A stretch of 64,000 nucleotides of DNA, from positions 57,626 to 121,625 of the forward strand of contig JAHOYZ010000026.1 of assembly GCA_019038695.1 (NCBI GenBank), given 5' to 3'. The position numbers and the translations under genes were made by a program. Positions 19,660 to 30,016 of this stretch are shown piece by piece. The stretch's first letter is position 1. Each line of letters begins with the position of its first letter. Under the pieces are notes generated by a model. That model ran no database searches, was not told the origin of the DNA, and saw only the letters and a list, made by a program, of their open reading frames with translations. The stretch is from Candidatus Zixiibacteriota bacterium. Its GTDB lineage: Bacteria > Zixibacteria > MSB-5A5 > GN15 > FEB-12.

Positions 19660-21015
19660 CTACCGAAACAGCTCAACCCAGAGAGTCAGGTAGATCAGGA
19701 AGCCAAAAACGGCCATAAGTCCGACCGGGATGGCTATTTCCCGGTAAACTTTCAGTAGATCGCTCTTGAAATAGTCGTTGGTAAGAATCAAACAAAGGTG
19801 GGTAGGCGAGAGAATCATACCCAGATACCCTGACAAATAGGCAAGAAAAATATACCCAGGTTCGACAGCACCCGGATTGAGAAATCCGGCGAGAATCGTG
19901 TACCCCATAGCAACAAAAGCGGCGACCATGCCGGTCAGTATACCTGAAGCAAAACATACTAGAAATATGACCAGTTCGATCGGTAAATTGTATTGCAGAG
20001 TCAGGCTGGGAATAGCAGCTATGGCTCCCGACAATTCCAGCGCCGTCTGAAACGATAGCGTACCAAAGATCAGAAACACCAGTTTGTATGAGAAACCTTT
20101 TTTAAGTGCTGATATCAGATGCTCTCGATTTGGTCGAGCAACCAGAATCAAAGCAAGCAAACCCAATCCGACCGACAGGGCCAGTTCAATCTTGAAAATG
20201 CCGTATATAGCAATAGCAAAAGGAATGGGCCAGATAGATTTCAGAATGCCGTACAGAGCCCGACCGATATGCGTCTGATGGTCGTTATCATTAACGACTT
20301 TGGGGGTAAAAAAAACCAAACCAAGCAGCGTCATCAGAATTGCCAGCGGCAGTTGCATTAGCGACACACTACCAATAGGCAACCCGGTAAGCGCTTCGGT
20401 GAGAATAATACCCGGATAGATAGGCCAGGAGAACTCCACGATGTGCCGGAACCAGTAGTTTGAAGCGGTTCTAAATTCTGGCTTATACCGCGAATCAGAT
20501 AGAACATTGCCCACCAACGGGGCCGACAACAGCGACCCGCCCGGCATGGGCATCAGACCTACCAGCATGGGCAACATGCCAACTGCCGTCTTGTTACCAC
20601 CGGGAAGTTCCTTGGCCGCCTTTGTTAGGTGCTTAAGGGAGTGCAGCTCCTTCAATAACTGACCCAAACTGGTAATGAAAATAATAATCGCTGTCAGAGA
20701 AATAAATCGGCGCGACTTCGCCAAATCCCAGTATCCCTCCAGAAGGGCTGTGAATTCGACTTGATATAATAGCGCCGTAACCAGCCCCGCACCGAACAGA
20801 GTCACACCAACAGTGACTTTCTTGCGCAAAGCCAAAACTATCAGAATCAGAACAATGAGCAACTTAGCAGCATCCATAGGGGGGAAGAAACAGCCGAATC
20901 GCCCCCATGTCAAATGATCAACCGGCTTGACATTTGGAATCTGAGACTTAGTTTCTCTGCATGGCAATCTCCGGCAATATAAAGACAGTTGTTTCTCAGA
21001 GTCAGATTCCCGCAA
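19660..21015 (-). CDS. Polytopic integral membrane protein (10 or more TM segments), a possible transporter. The true start is probably internal (MDAAKLLIVL...).
   Basis: Hydrophobic helices throughout. No nucleotide-binding or catalytic motifs recognised. Confidence 0.4.
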   Translation of the reverse strand: MRESDSEKQLSLYCRRLPCRETKSQIPNVKPVDHLTWGRFGCFFPPMDAAKLLIVLILIVLALRKKVTVGVTLFGAGLVTALLYQVEFTALLEGYWDLAKSRRFISLTAIIIFITSLGQLLKELHSLKHLTKAAKELPGGNKTAVGMLPMLVGLMPMPGGSLLSAPLVGNVLSDSRYKPEFRTASNYWFRHIVEFSWPIYPGIILTEALTGLPIGSVSLMQLPLAILMTLLGLVFFTPKVVNDNDHQTHIGRALYGILKSIWPIPFAIAIYGIFKIELALSVGLGLLALILVARPNREHLISALKKGFSYKLVFLIFGTLSFQTALELSGAIAAIPSLTLQYNLPIELVIFLVCFASGILTGMVAAFVAMGYTILAGFLNPGAVEPGYIFLAYLSGYLGMILSPTHLCLILTNDYFKSDLLKVYREIAIPVGLMAVFGFLIYLTLWVELFR

Positions 21016-22256
21016 TTGATTTCAGGCAGATCGCATTCGAGCCGGGGGCTGTCTGGCTGGATTCGTCACTATGTTTTGCCGATCGGGGACATTCCTCATT
21101 CATAGCCCACCAGCCGGTCATGGATATATACCAACAGGGCCAGCAGGTTGTTGTGACCAGACCTGATAGCCATAAGACTGTCCGACTTGACGCTGATATC
21201 TTTGAGGTCCTGGAATCCTACTGGGCTGATCACAGCCTTTTCAGTGTAGGATATATTTCTTATGAGGCGTGTCACGGGTTTCTTGACCTTGAAGAGATAT
21301 GCCCACATGATGACATTCCTTCCGTACGATTTCTCTTCTACGAGCGAGTACAACAATATCGTCAACCCGGCAACGATTCTACTTCAAATGACAGTATTGA
21401 CTATCCCGATTCGCGACTGACCAGGATTGTGCCGACTCTATCGCGTGATGAATATTGTCACCGAGTGAGCCGTATCAAAGAATATATCCGCGAAGGTGAC
21501 ATATACCAGGCCAACTTCACAACGCGATTCGACATCCACTCCCCCGCCGATCCGTTTGATGTTTACGAGCTGTTACGCCACCTCAACCCGGCTCCATACA
21601 GCGCCTATCTAAACTTCGGTGACTACCAGGTTCTGTCATCTTCACCCGAACGTATGTTTCTCAAAACCGACGATTCTATCACCTCCGGTCCCATCAAAGG
21701 AACGATCGCTCGCTCAGATTGTCCCGAAGATGATGCCCGACAATTACTGGCCTCGAACAAGGATCGAGCAGAACTACTCATGATCGTTGACCTGGTGCGC
21801 AATGATCTAGGGAAGATAGCACAAACAGGTTCGGTTCGGGTGGATGAGATGTTCAAGCCTGAAGTGTATTCTTCGGTAGTTCACTTAGTCGGCGATGTCG
21901 CCGCCAAAATTCACCCCAAGACCCGACTGACGCAGATTCTCAAAGCCTTACTACCGGGGGGGTCCATTACGGGTGCGCCCAAGCGACGGGCTGTCGAAAT
22001 CATAAGTCAACTCGAATCAATCCCGCGCTCTGTGTACACTGGCTGTATCGGTTACGTCCATGGCAACCGCGCTGATTTTAATATAGCAATCAGAACTATG
22101 GTCCATAGTCGCGGAGTCTACCATATCCATGCCGGCGGTGGTATCGTCGCCGACAGCGACCCTGAAGCCGAGTACCGCGAGATGCTGCTAAAGGCCGACA
22201 ATCTCTTCAGAGCACTCAACATCGAACGAAAAGAGATGGCATGTTTCAAACCATAA
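20961..22256 (+). CDS. pabB: Chorismate-binding enzyme, aminodeoxychorismate (or anthranilate) synthase component I
   Basis: Conserved C-terminal chorismate-utilising blocks (PERMFLKTDDSITSGPIKGTIAR; GGSITGAPKRRAVEIISQLE; YTGCIGYV; GGGIVADSDPEAEYRE). It is followed by a class IV aminotransferase, as in pabB-pabC pairs. Confidence 0.65.
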   Translation: MAISGNIKTVVSQSQIPAIDFRQIAFEPGAVWLDSSLCFADRGHSSFIAHQPVMDIYQQGQQVVVTRPDSHKTVRLDADIFEVLESYWADHSLFSVGYISYEACHGFLDLEEICPHDDIPSVRFLFYERVQQYRQPGNDSTSNDSIDYPDSRLTRIVPTLSRDEYCHRVSRIKEYIREGDIYQANFTTRFDIHSPADPFDVYELLRHLNPAPYSAYLNFGDYQVLSSSPERMFLKTDDSITSGPIKGTIARSDCPEDDARQLLASNKDRAELLMIVDLVRNDLGKIAQTGSVRVDEMFKPEVYSSVVHLVGDVAAKIHPKTRLTQILKALLPGGSITGAPKRRAVEIISQLESIPRSVYTGCIGYVHGNRADFNIAIRTMVHSRGVYHIHAGGGIVADSDPEAEYREMLLKADNLFRALNIERKEMACFKP

Positions 22257-23083
22257 CCACTATCAACGGTCGGTTCGTTCGACGCGGACAGGACAAAATA
22301 TCGGTCTTCGATAACTCGCTGTTGTACGCTGAGGGTCTATTCGAGACATTTCTGGCTATTGATGACAGAGTGGTTTTCGGCAATGAACATCTGCGACGCC
22401 TGCGCCGGGGAGCAAAGGTGATTGGGCTTGAGATTCCTGTCTCGTCGTCTCGACTAGCATCATGGATGACCCGCACCCTGCGACGACATCCTGACCGCAT
22501 CAAGAAACTCCGTCTGACCATGACCAGTGGCGAAGCTGCCCGATGGATCGGAAAACAGGGTCGACCACAGGTCATTCTAAGCGCCTCACCCCATCAGCTG
22601 CCGACCACCCCATACTCACTCTTCGTGTCCCCTTACCGTGTCGATCAGGATAGTATTTTTCGACGCATTAAGACAATTTCGTATGCAATCCACGCTGCTG
22701 CGCTCAAACAAGCACACACACGACGCTGTGATGATGCCCTGCTGGTCAATACCAACGGGCACGTAGCCGAAGTAACTTCCGCAAATATCTTCTGGGTGAG
22801 GCGGGGTCGCGTTTACACTCCACCCATTGCCGCCGGATGTCTGGAAGGTATAACACGCATGGTCGTAATCAAGGAATCACGGAAACTCGGTCTCGATGTC
22901 ACCGAGAAGAACATCACCTTGGACAATATGCTCAAGGCAGACGAGATTTTCATTTCCAGTTCACTCAAGCTTGTTGTCAGTGTATCGCGGATAAGGGATG
23001 GTCGTCGGGTCCACAAGCTTCCGACCGGACCTGTGACACAGTTGCTGGCGCAGCGTTTTCGGTACCTGATTAAGATCGACTGA
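22241..23083 (+). CDS. pabC: Aminotransferase class IV (aminodeoxychorismate lyase-like)
   Basis: Fold-type IV PLP-enzyme pattern (NGRFV...ISVFDNSLLYAEGLFET; EVTSANIFWVRRGRVYTPP; GITRMVVI). It overlaps pabB by 16 nt. Confidence 0.6.
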   Translation: MFQTITTINGRFVRRGQDKISVFDNSLLYAEGLFETFLAIDDRVVFGNEHLRRLRRGAKVIGLEIPVSSSRLASWMTRTLRRHPDRIKKLRLTMTSGEAARWIGKQGRPQVILSASPHQLPTTPYSLFVSPYRVDQDSIFRRIKTISYAIHAAALKQAHTRRCDDALLVNTNGHVAEVTSANIFWVRRGRVYTPPIAAGCLEGITRMVVIKESRKLGLDVTEKNITLDNMLKADEIFISSSLKLVVSVSRIRDGRRVHKLPTGPVTQLLAQRFRYLIKID

Positions 23084-23199
23084 TAATCCTTTCAGCAGTC
23101 ACGCCCACCGATCTCTTTTTGTTGACTATTCTTCGATACGGCCGCTATCGTAAACTGGAAACAGAAATCGATGACAGAGGTTAATAGGTAGAATACAAA

Positions 23200-24003
23200 A
23201 TGATGAAGTTCGTATTACGATTATTGATTGGTTTGGTGGCCGCACTAACATTGACATCAATGGTGGCTGCCCAGGATGAAACCGGGGCAGGACAGACCAG
23301 CCTCTATGATGTTCCCCCTCGTTATCTGGTTGATATGCCAACGGCGGGCACTCTTCCTCGCGGCTACTACAATATCAGTATGCGCCTTTATCCCAACGGC
23401 GGAGCTCTGGGACATACCGACATTGGCTTGTCACATCGGCTAATGATGGGGATTTCTTTCGGTGGGGAGGATGTAGTTTCAGATCGCAGTCCCGAATGGA
23501 ATCCTTCGATTGAGTTCAATATCAAGTTCCGTCTGATTGACGAACTGGAGTACTTCCCGGCCGTATCAGTCGGTTTTTCGTCGCAGGGAAGCGGTCAGTA
23601 TAACGGCGCCCTCGAACGTTACGCCTTCAAATCACGCGGCTTTTATGCCGTAGCCAGCCGCAGTTTCTATTTCTACCAATGGACCGCCGGTTGGCATGCC
23701 GGAATAAATTACTCGCGTGAATTCAAGCAGGACGGCGACGAGCAGGTTAATTTCTTCGGTGGATTTGACGCCACATTCAAATATAACCTGGCGCTACTGG
23801 CGGAGTATGATGCGGCTCTCAATGATGACCGCTCCACACACGATTTCGCTGGGAAAGGACGCGGCTATCTTAACGTATCAGTCAAATGGCTGTTTACCGA
23901 GAACCTTGAATTGGAAGTTCTTCTGAAAGATTTGCTGGAAAACCGGCGTAACTCAGAGACCTTCACCCGCGAAATCCGTCTGACCTATATTGATTGTTTT
24001 TAA
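23200..24003 (+). CDS. Secreted putative outer-membrane beta-barrel protein, unknown function
   Basis: Signal peptide (MMKFVLRLLIGLVAALTLTSMVAA). Amphipathic beta pattern. C-terminal ...LTYIDCF ends in Phe. Confidence 0.4.
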   Translation: MMKFVLRLLIGLVAALTLTSMVAAQDETGAGQTSLYDVPPRYLVDMPTAGTLPRGYYNISMRLYPNGGALGHTDIGLSHRLMMGISFGGEDVVSDRSPEWNPSIEFNIKFRLIDELEYFPAVSVGFSSQGSGQYNGALERYAFKSRGFYAVASRSFYFYQWTAGWHAGINYSREFKQDGDEQVNFFGGFDATFKYNLALLAEYDAALNDDRSTHDFAGKGRGYLNVSVKWLFTENLELEVLLKDLLENRRNSETFTREIRLTYIDCF

Positions 24004-24049
24004 TGACTAATAGTCACACATAGGCTGAGCACTGATAAAGACAAATTCC

Positions 24050-24092
24050 TGACCAAATAAGAAAGTGGGCAGACATAACGTCTGCCCACTGT
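24050..24092 (-). terminator. Rho-independent terminator between convergent genes, serving the dehydrogenase gene
   Basis: Perfect 10-bp stem GTGGGCAGAC-ataac-GTCTGCCCAC at 24065-24089. A T-rich tract (tttcttattt) follows on the minus strand. Confidence 0.55.
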
Positions 24093-24126
24093 AGTTCAAC
24101 TTCATACCCCCAGAGAAAACAAACCC

Positions 24127-25245
24127 CTACAACTTCGCCGCAACGGCCTCGGCAATTTCGAGGGTAGTATTACTGCCACCCATGTCGTAGGTGCGTACCT
24201 TGCCCTCTTTGATGACATCAGCTATAGCACTCTCCAGAGCAACGGCTTTGTCTTTTTCACCCAGATAATCAAACATCATCTTTGTCGTTAGTAACATAGC
24301 CATCGGATTGACCTTGTACTGACCGGCATACTTCGGAGCTGAACCGTGTGTCGGTTCGAACACCGCATAGTTATCGCCGATATTGCCCGACGCTGCAAAA
24401 CCAAGTCCACCGACCAGCTGAGCGCACAGGTCACTGACGATGTCGCCAAACATATTTGATGTCACGATCACAGAATAGTCCATCGGGTTCTTCACCAACC
24501 ACATACACATGGCGTCAATGTTGGTTTCCCAGAGCTCAATATCTGGATACTTCTTGGCAACTTCACGGGCGGTACGAACCATTAATCCCGAAGTCTCGCG
24601 AATGACGTTTGGTTTCTCGACAACCGTCACCGACTTACGATTAAACTTCTTGGCATACTCGAAAGCGTCGGTAATAATGTTTGTACATTCTAACCGAGTG
24701 TTGATTCGCAAAGAAACTGCGGTATCCTCGGCGGCAGAGCTGTCGAAACGGGCCATCTTCGGGTTGTGTTTCTTGATGACCTCGCGTACTTCATCCGGTA
24801 GTGGATGAAACTCGACACCGCTGTAGAGATCTTCGGTATTCTCGCGAAAGACAACAAGATCAATACCTTCTTTGTAGTTAAGCGGATTACCGGAGTATGC
24901 TTTGCACGGTCGCAGGTTGGTGCGCAGGTTGAACTCCTGACGCAGGCGGACGATAGGCGACGCATAAATGTGTCCTTTTCCCTGCAATTCCGGAGCTAGG
25001 TCGTTCTCTGCCTCTTCCTTCGGCAACGATGTAATCGCGCCAAAGAGTGCAGCATCAGTGTTATTGAGAAGGTCAGTGGTACGATCAGGAAGCGGGTTGG
25101 CTTCGCTCTTCCAGAATTCCCAGCCGATGTCGCCATGAATGTACTCAGCATCAAAATTCACTTTATCCAGAACGATCTTCGCTGCTTCCATAACGTCGTT
25201 TCCAACGCCGTCACCTGGCAACCAGGCAATTTTGTACTTGGCCAT
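24127..25245 (-). CDS. Isocitrate/isopropylmalate dehydrogenase family (NAD(P)-dependent beta-decarboxylating dehydrogenase)
   Basis: Family signature NMFGDIVSD and the substrate-binding block LRPCKAYSG...VVFRENTEDLYSG. About 372 aa. Confidence 0.75.
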   Translation of the reverse strand: MAKYKIAWLPGDGVGNDVMEAAKIVLDKVNFDAEYIHGDIGWEFWKSEANPLPDRTTDLLNNTDAALFGAITSLPKEEAENDLAPELQGKGHIYASPIVRLRQEFNLRTNLRPCKAYSGNPLNYKEGIDLVVFRENTEDLYSGVEFHPLPDEVREVIKKHNPKMARFDSSAAEDTAVSLRINTRLECTNIITDAFEYAKKFNRKSVTVVEKPNVIRETSGLMVRTAREVAKKYPDIELWETNIDAMCMWLVKNPMDYSVIVTSNMFGDIVSDLCAQLVGGLGFAASGNIGDNYAVFEPTHGSAPKYAGQYKVNPMAMLLTTKMMFDYLGEKDKAVALESAIADVIKEGKVRTYDMGGSNTTLEIAEAVAAKL

Positions 25246-25265
25246 GATTAGAGACTCTCCAAAGA

Positions 25266-26186
25266 TTATAGAGTAAATGATAGGTTGAACATATGTGAGG
25301 TGCCCAACCCCCTGCGATAGGGGACGAAAGCATAGTCGACAGTTATATTCCGTTTAGTGAACGAAGCACCGGCTGAGAATTTCTCAGTGTCGTAATTGGA
25401 CACCCAGCCAGCACGCACCTGGAATAGACGATGGACAGCCACTTCCGTACCCAGATGCAAATGCTGCCGGTCATCTACGTGGACCAACTCAAAAGCTCCC
25501 CGGTATCTATCACGATGATACGACGTTCCCAGACGATAGGTCGTCGGCAGTGATATCAAATCCGATTCGTCACCGGTTGCTTTACTGAGTACAAAGTCAG
25601 ATCCTATATTGGTCGCGGAAAGGCCAAAGGCGAGATACTTGCTGGCCTGGGCCTGAAGACCATAGTCGAAATTGAAGACGCTCCCTCGATGGGCTCCGAT
25701 TTTTTCAATTATCCACCCCATACTAAAACCGGTTGAGAGGCGATCCGTAATCCTGAACGCCAACCCGCCCTTGAACGAAATATCGTGAGCGTCAAAAATA
25801 CCATCCGGGATCGCAGTGGGAACATCTCCACGCATCTCAAGGTTACTGACCGTAGCGAAACGTACACCACCGTGGAGATAGACCTTCGGTGACAAACCCA
25901 TAGCAAAATGGGATGTTTCCATACGGATATCTTCCCAATAGGAATTGTGTCCCAACGAAACTGTGAAGTTCGTCACGCCTACCGCTCCTGCTGGATTGTA
26001 GGAAACCGCATCAGGGGTTTTGTCAATCGTGACAAAAGCACCCCCCATCCCAGAAGGACGGGCACCGGCTTCGACTTTGAGCAAAGCCAGGCCGCTGTTG
26101 GCCGCGGCTGAACCTGCAACAAATATCAGCACAAACAGGGCTATCGCTATGCGCATGTTATGTCGTTCCCTTCTCGTATCCGTCAA
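25266..26186 (-). CDS. PorV/PorQ-family (FadL-like) outer-membrane beta-barrel protein, paralog 1. Start probably at the internal MRIAIALFVL near 26156.
   Basis: Signal peptide, then the N-terminal block GARPSGMGGAFVTID...YNPAG shared with the other two paralogs. C-terminal aromatic ...FNLSFTL. Confidence 0.5.
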   Translation of the reverse strand: MTDTRRERHNMRIAIALFVLIFVAGSAAANSGLALLKVEAGARPSGMGGAFVTIDKTPDAVSYNPAGAVGVTNFTVSLGHNSYWEDIRMETSHFAMGLSPKVYLHGGVRFATVSNLEMRGDVPTAIPDGIFDAHDISFKGGLAFRITDRLSTGFSMGWIIEKIGAHRGSVFNFDYGLQAQASKYLAFGLSATNIGSDFVLSKATGDESDLISLPTTYRLGTSYHRDRYRGAFELVHVDDRQHLHLGTEVAVHRLFQVRAGWVSNYDTEKFSAGASFTKRNITVDYAFVPYRRGLGTSHMFNLSFTL

Positions 26187-27199
26187 AACAATATGTCAAA
26201 AGAGAAAATGTGTTCCGATCCTTCATCCACCCGGTCAGTGGCAAAAGCATAGTCTATTGCCAGCACCTGGGTGCCAATTTGGAAGACATAGCCGGTACCT
26301 GCTGTCAGACGGCGATCCGAATAACCAGCTCGAAGAGCAAATTCCGGGGACACGAAAAACTCTGCTCCAGTATGAAGCCGGAGGTTTTGCTTCTCGCTGG
26401 CTATTATGTCGGTTGTCAGGAGTAGCTTGCGTTGTAGAAATCGGGACGAGATGCCCAATCCACCTTCAATCGGAACTATGTCTTCCTGTTCAGTGCCACC
26501 AACATTACCGCTAATTTGGGAATTGTAATCGGTTGAGTTCCAGCGATAGGTTGTACCCAAATTGCGGATAACCAACCCGACCTGTATGTCCTGTAATGCC
26601 ATATCCGGCCGCCGCTCACGGTCAAAGAACTGACTGACATAGAGCATCAGGCCAATATCGATCCCTATCGAATTGGCATTCATCTCGGCAAAGCTTGAAT
26701 GTAAATAGCCGGCCCTGAGTCCAATCGACAGGTAATTTTCAAACCGTTTGGCAAAAATGATTGACCAGGCGTGACTTGTTAAACCGATCGAATGACCGGT
26801 GAGGCGGCCATCCCGATTACGCATCTCAACATCCCCGGTGCTGAAATAGTGCCAGTTGACTCCCAGGGCGGAGTTATCACGGGTCGGTATCATCAATGTA
26901 AGATAGCCCAACGAGCGGTCCAGACTCATGGCGCGATACGATGACGCAAACATCTTCTTTCTGATCGTGGCCAGTCCGGCGGGGTTGAATAATGGCGCGG
27001 CTCCATCATTGGAGATGGACAGGTACGCCCCCCCGAGAGCCGTCGGTCTCGCTCCAATCGGTATCTGGAAAAAAGCGCCAGCATATCCGCCATCGCCATC
27101 GTCCGCACGGGTCGCACCGGCAATAAGACCGATAGATATAACCGTTAGAATTATTCGGAGTGAAATCTTGCTCATGGTATCACCGCCAGTTTGCCCCAC
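26183..27199 (-). CDS. PorV/PorQ-family (FadL-like) outer-membrane beta-barrel protein, paralog 2. Start probably at MSKISLRIIL near 27175.
   Basis: GARPTALGGAYLSISNDGAAPLFNPAGLATI block. C-terminal ...EHIFSFDILF. Confidence 0.5.
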   Translation of the reverse strand: MGQTGGDTMSKISLRIILTVISIGLIAGATRADDGDGGYAGAFFQIPIGARPTALGGAYLSISNDGAAPLFNPAGLATIRKKMFASSYRAMSLDRSLGYLTLMIPTRDNSALGVNWHYFSTGDVEMRNRDGRLTGHSIGLTSHAWSIIFAKRFENYLSIGLRAGYLHSSFAEMNANSIGIDIGLMLYVSQFFDRERRPDMALQDIQVGLVIRNLGTTYRWNSTDYNSQISGNVGGTEQEDIVPIEGGLGISSRFLQRKLLLTTDIIASEKQNLRLHTGAEFFVSPEFALRAGYSDRRLTAGTGYVFQIGTQVLAIDYAFATDRVDEGSEHIFSFDILF

Positions 27200-29775
27200 T
27201 GCACATCTCCATTTGAAGTCTCCACCTTGAAATAGTATACGCCGACAGCCACTTCGTCCCCCTTGCCGTTGCGACCATCCCAGGTTGGTATGCCAGTGTT
27301 CCGACCGTGATAAACCCCGGACGGGAATCTCTGGCCGTCGATAACACGGCTCACCAGATTCATGGCCACATCATATATTTCAAGAGTAACATCTGATTCT
27401 TTTTCCAAGATGAAATGAAAGTTAACTCCGACAGCATTTGCTGACTGGCTGAACGGAATCGGGAAAGCATAGACTTCATTAACTGAATCCATGAAAAAAT
27501 AATTGGTATCAACAACCAGATCTGTCAAACCCAGACGGACAGTCGATTGATCGGTTCCGACATATAACCAGTCGCCTATCGCCTGAACAGCGTAAACGGC
27601 GGCATTGGTATCTACAACCACATCACCATCTTCGTTAATGAAAGCGATAGTATCCCAATCCATACCAGCGTCCTGATCTGTAAACAATAGTCCATCAGTG
27701 GTGGCCGCGAACACGCTGTCTCCATTGAAAGCGAAATTCCAAGCGAAAACATCTTCTATTCTCGTCTGCCAAATAATTCCATATCCAGCAAAAGAATCAA
27801 GGGTGTCAGAATCGATAACGTTCCCGATGGAATCCATCGGCTTGTAAACCCCCATCGTTATTCCGACCTCCTGCCCCGCCTCGGTAGGACGAGTTGAAGC
27901 CCAAACTCGAGAGTAGTTCTCGTCCTCAAGTGTCTGTACTTCGAGTGCCGGAACAAAATTGCCGGGGATCGGATACACGACATCAGAGGCAGTATAGTTG
28001 GTAATTAGGTCAGCACGCAGGCTATCGGAATTCACACGATAGATTCGGTAACTCTGGGACCGATTGTTGGAGATGGCAAAGCCATTCTCGCTGCCTACGA
28101 AAACGGTATCCCCGGTCACGGCCATCACCGTTATGGGATAATCGTCAAGAGTAATCCAGGGTCTGAGGGTATCAGGTACACTGTGCAGGAAATTTGCGTT
28201 CACACCGTCGAATGTATAGTGAATACCTACGTCACCCACCATAAACACTGTGTCACCCATGATGGCGAGATCGTTCCGAATCCCACCCTGAATATTTATC
28301 CACACGGTATCGGTTTCATTCTCCGCGTCCGGAAGCTCAGAGGATCTCATTACTGCATACCCACCAGAATCCGTCAGAGGATGATTAATAGTCCAAACTG
28401 CCAGGGAATCATATACGCCGAGGCTATCCCGAAAGACCTGCGTCTTAACCTCGATTACTCTGGCCGAACTGACAACAGGACTCTCAACAAAAACATCGTA
28501 GCGATACGACTCAATAGTTCCGGCAGAATCCATATACCATGTCACCAGACCCGAGTCGGTCCCGATCCGAAGTGTGTCGGAAAGGACATCAAAATCGTGA
28601 ACTACGTTGCGCTTGTTGGCCGTACTCGTATCGGAAGAATCAACCCATATGTGCGACCAACTCTGACCAGTATCGATAGAAACAAACAATCCTGCCGTTT
28701 CTGCCGCAAGATATAAGCGACTTCGCATGGACGTCATCCCGGATATCTTCCGATTCTCCCCGATCACCGCATCAAAAGACGATGAAAGGTCCTCAAACGA
28801 CTCGCCGCCATCTGCGGTCACCGTCAGTCCCGTAGAGGGACCGTCAGCACCCTCCATCGTCCCCACAAACAAACGGCCGTCGAAAGCGTGCAACATCGAA
28901 ATGTATGCCCCCGGCAGACCGTCATCTTCAAGCCACGAAATAAACGGTCCCCCTGATGAGTTGCCCCTGGTAATGCCATTGTTTCCACCGATGAATACAC
29001 GGCTACTGTCACCTGCCCCGCAATCATTGCAAAACTCTATGGCAGTTATGACTTCCGACAGAGGTTTCTCGCGGGGAGGAGCAAAAGCAAACTTGAATAT
29101 GCCCTCGGCCGATCCTGTCCACAGGAACAGTGAGTCACCGTGAGTGGTATCCACGGCACATGAGAAATACAAATCTCTGAGCCGAAGCTGTTGATTGATA
29201 TAATAGACACTATCGCCGGGGCTTAGGAGTATTCGTCGCCAGGACGTGCCACCATCCTTTGAGCCAACAAGCCCTCCGGCCCATCCGGTGAAGAAGACCC
29301 ACTCGTCACCTGAGCTTTCATCATAGTGGCCGGTGATGTCATAAATGGAACGTTGGCCTCCGAGCACATTGGCAATTTCTCCAAGATCGGCCTCGAACCA
29401 ATTGTAGCCATTGTCATCAGTGTATTCAAGCGCGTCAGAGAATCCTACGCTCTCTCCACCAATGATTTCCGAATGTCCATTGCCGATCCACAACCGCCCA
29501 TTCAGAGAGAACAGCGCGGAGACCTCATCAGACACCATACCATTATCTGAATCATACAGAAGCCAGGTCTGGCCACCATCAAGGGAATAATTGAGTCCTT
29601 CCCCGGTGGCCAGCCACACACCACCGCTGTGTTCAACAATGTCGATCACAGTATTGGAGGCATAGATCGTATCTGGGACACCGAATGAACTGGCCAATCC
29701 GGCGTTAGACACGCTCGGCAGGCAGATAATCAGGGACAGGACGAGGAGAACGGGACGGAATACACTTGCTCTCAA
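27172..29775 (-). CDS. BNR/Asp-box repeat beta-propeller protein (sialidase/Ycf48-like fold) with T9SS C-terminal sorting domain
   Basis: Signal peptide. Repeated Asp-boxes (SLDGGQTW, SKDGGTSW, TADGGESF, SIDTGQSW). CTD ...GVYYFKVETSNGDVQWGKLAVIP. Confidence 0.6.
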   Translation of the reverse strand: MRASVFRPVLLVLSLIICLPSVSNAGLASSFGVPDTIYASNTVIDIVEHSGGVWLATGEGLNYSLDGGQTWLLYDSDNGMVSDEVSALFSLNGRLWIGNGHSEIIGGESVGFSDALEYTDDNGYNWFEADLGEIANVLGGQRSIYDITGHYDESSGDEWVFFTGWAGGLVGSKDGGTSWRRILLSPGDSVYYINQQLRLRDLYFSCAVDTTHGDSLFLWTGSAEGIFKFAFAPPREKPLSEVITAIEFCNDCGAGDSSRVFIGGNNGITRGNSSGGPFISWLEDDGLPGAYISMLHAFDGRLFVGTMEGADGPSTGLTVTADGGESFEDLSSSFDAVIGENRKISGMTSMRSRLYLAAETAGLFVSIDTGQSWSHIWVDSSDTSTANKRNVVHDFDVLSDTLRIGTDSGLVTWYMDSAGTIESYRYDVFVESPVVSSARVIEVKTQVFRDSLGVYDSLAVWTINHPLTDSGGYAVMRSSELPDAENETDTVWINIQGGIRNDLAIMGDTVFMVGDVGIHYTFDGVNANFLHSVPDTLRPWITLDDYPITVMAVTGDTVFVGSENGFAISNNRSQSYRIYRVNSDSLRADLITNYTASDVVYPIPGNFVPALEVQTLEDENYSRVWASTRPTEAGQEVGITMGVYKPMDSIGNVIDSDTLDSFAGYGIIWQTRIEDVFAWNFAFNGDSVFAATTDGLLFTDQDAGMDWDTIAFINEDGDVVVDTNAAVYAVQAIGDWLYVGTDQSTVRLGLTDLVVDTNYFFMDSVNEVYAFPIPFSQSANAVGVNFHFILEKESDVTLEIYDVAMNLVSRVIDGQRFPSGVYHGRNTGIPTWDGRNGKGDEVAVGVYYFKVETSNGDVQWGKLAVIP

Positions 29776-29790
29776 TGTTCACTCCAACCT

Positions 29791-29840
29791 AAAAAAAGCG
29801 GCCGTACATGGGCAAAGACCACATGTTCCCACGGCCAAGT
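29791..29840 (-). terminator. Rho-independent terminator downstream of the SPFH/zinc-ribbon gene pair
   Basis: The minus strand reads CTTGGCCGTGGGAACATGTGGTCTTTGCCCATGTACGGCCGC, an imperfect long hairpin with a nested ACATG/CATGT stem. TTTTTTT follows directly. Confidence 0.5.
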
Positions 29841-30016
29841 TCGCTGGTTCAGTCCTTCTTCAACTCAAAACTCCAGCTCAATGCAGCCGGACTGGCGTCA
29901 TTGACGCTCGCCCGAACATAGAGAAAACAGCTTTCGATAGCAAGATATTTCGCCGTTCGTCCTCCTTCTGTTAGTACTCCTACTCCCCTGTCGCCGGGAA
30001 GTTCCCCGGCGCACAG

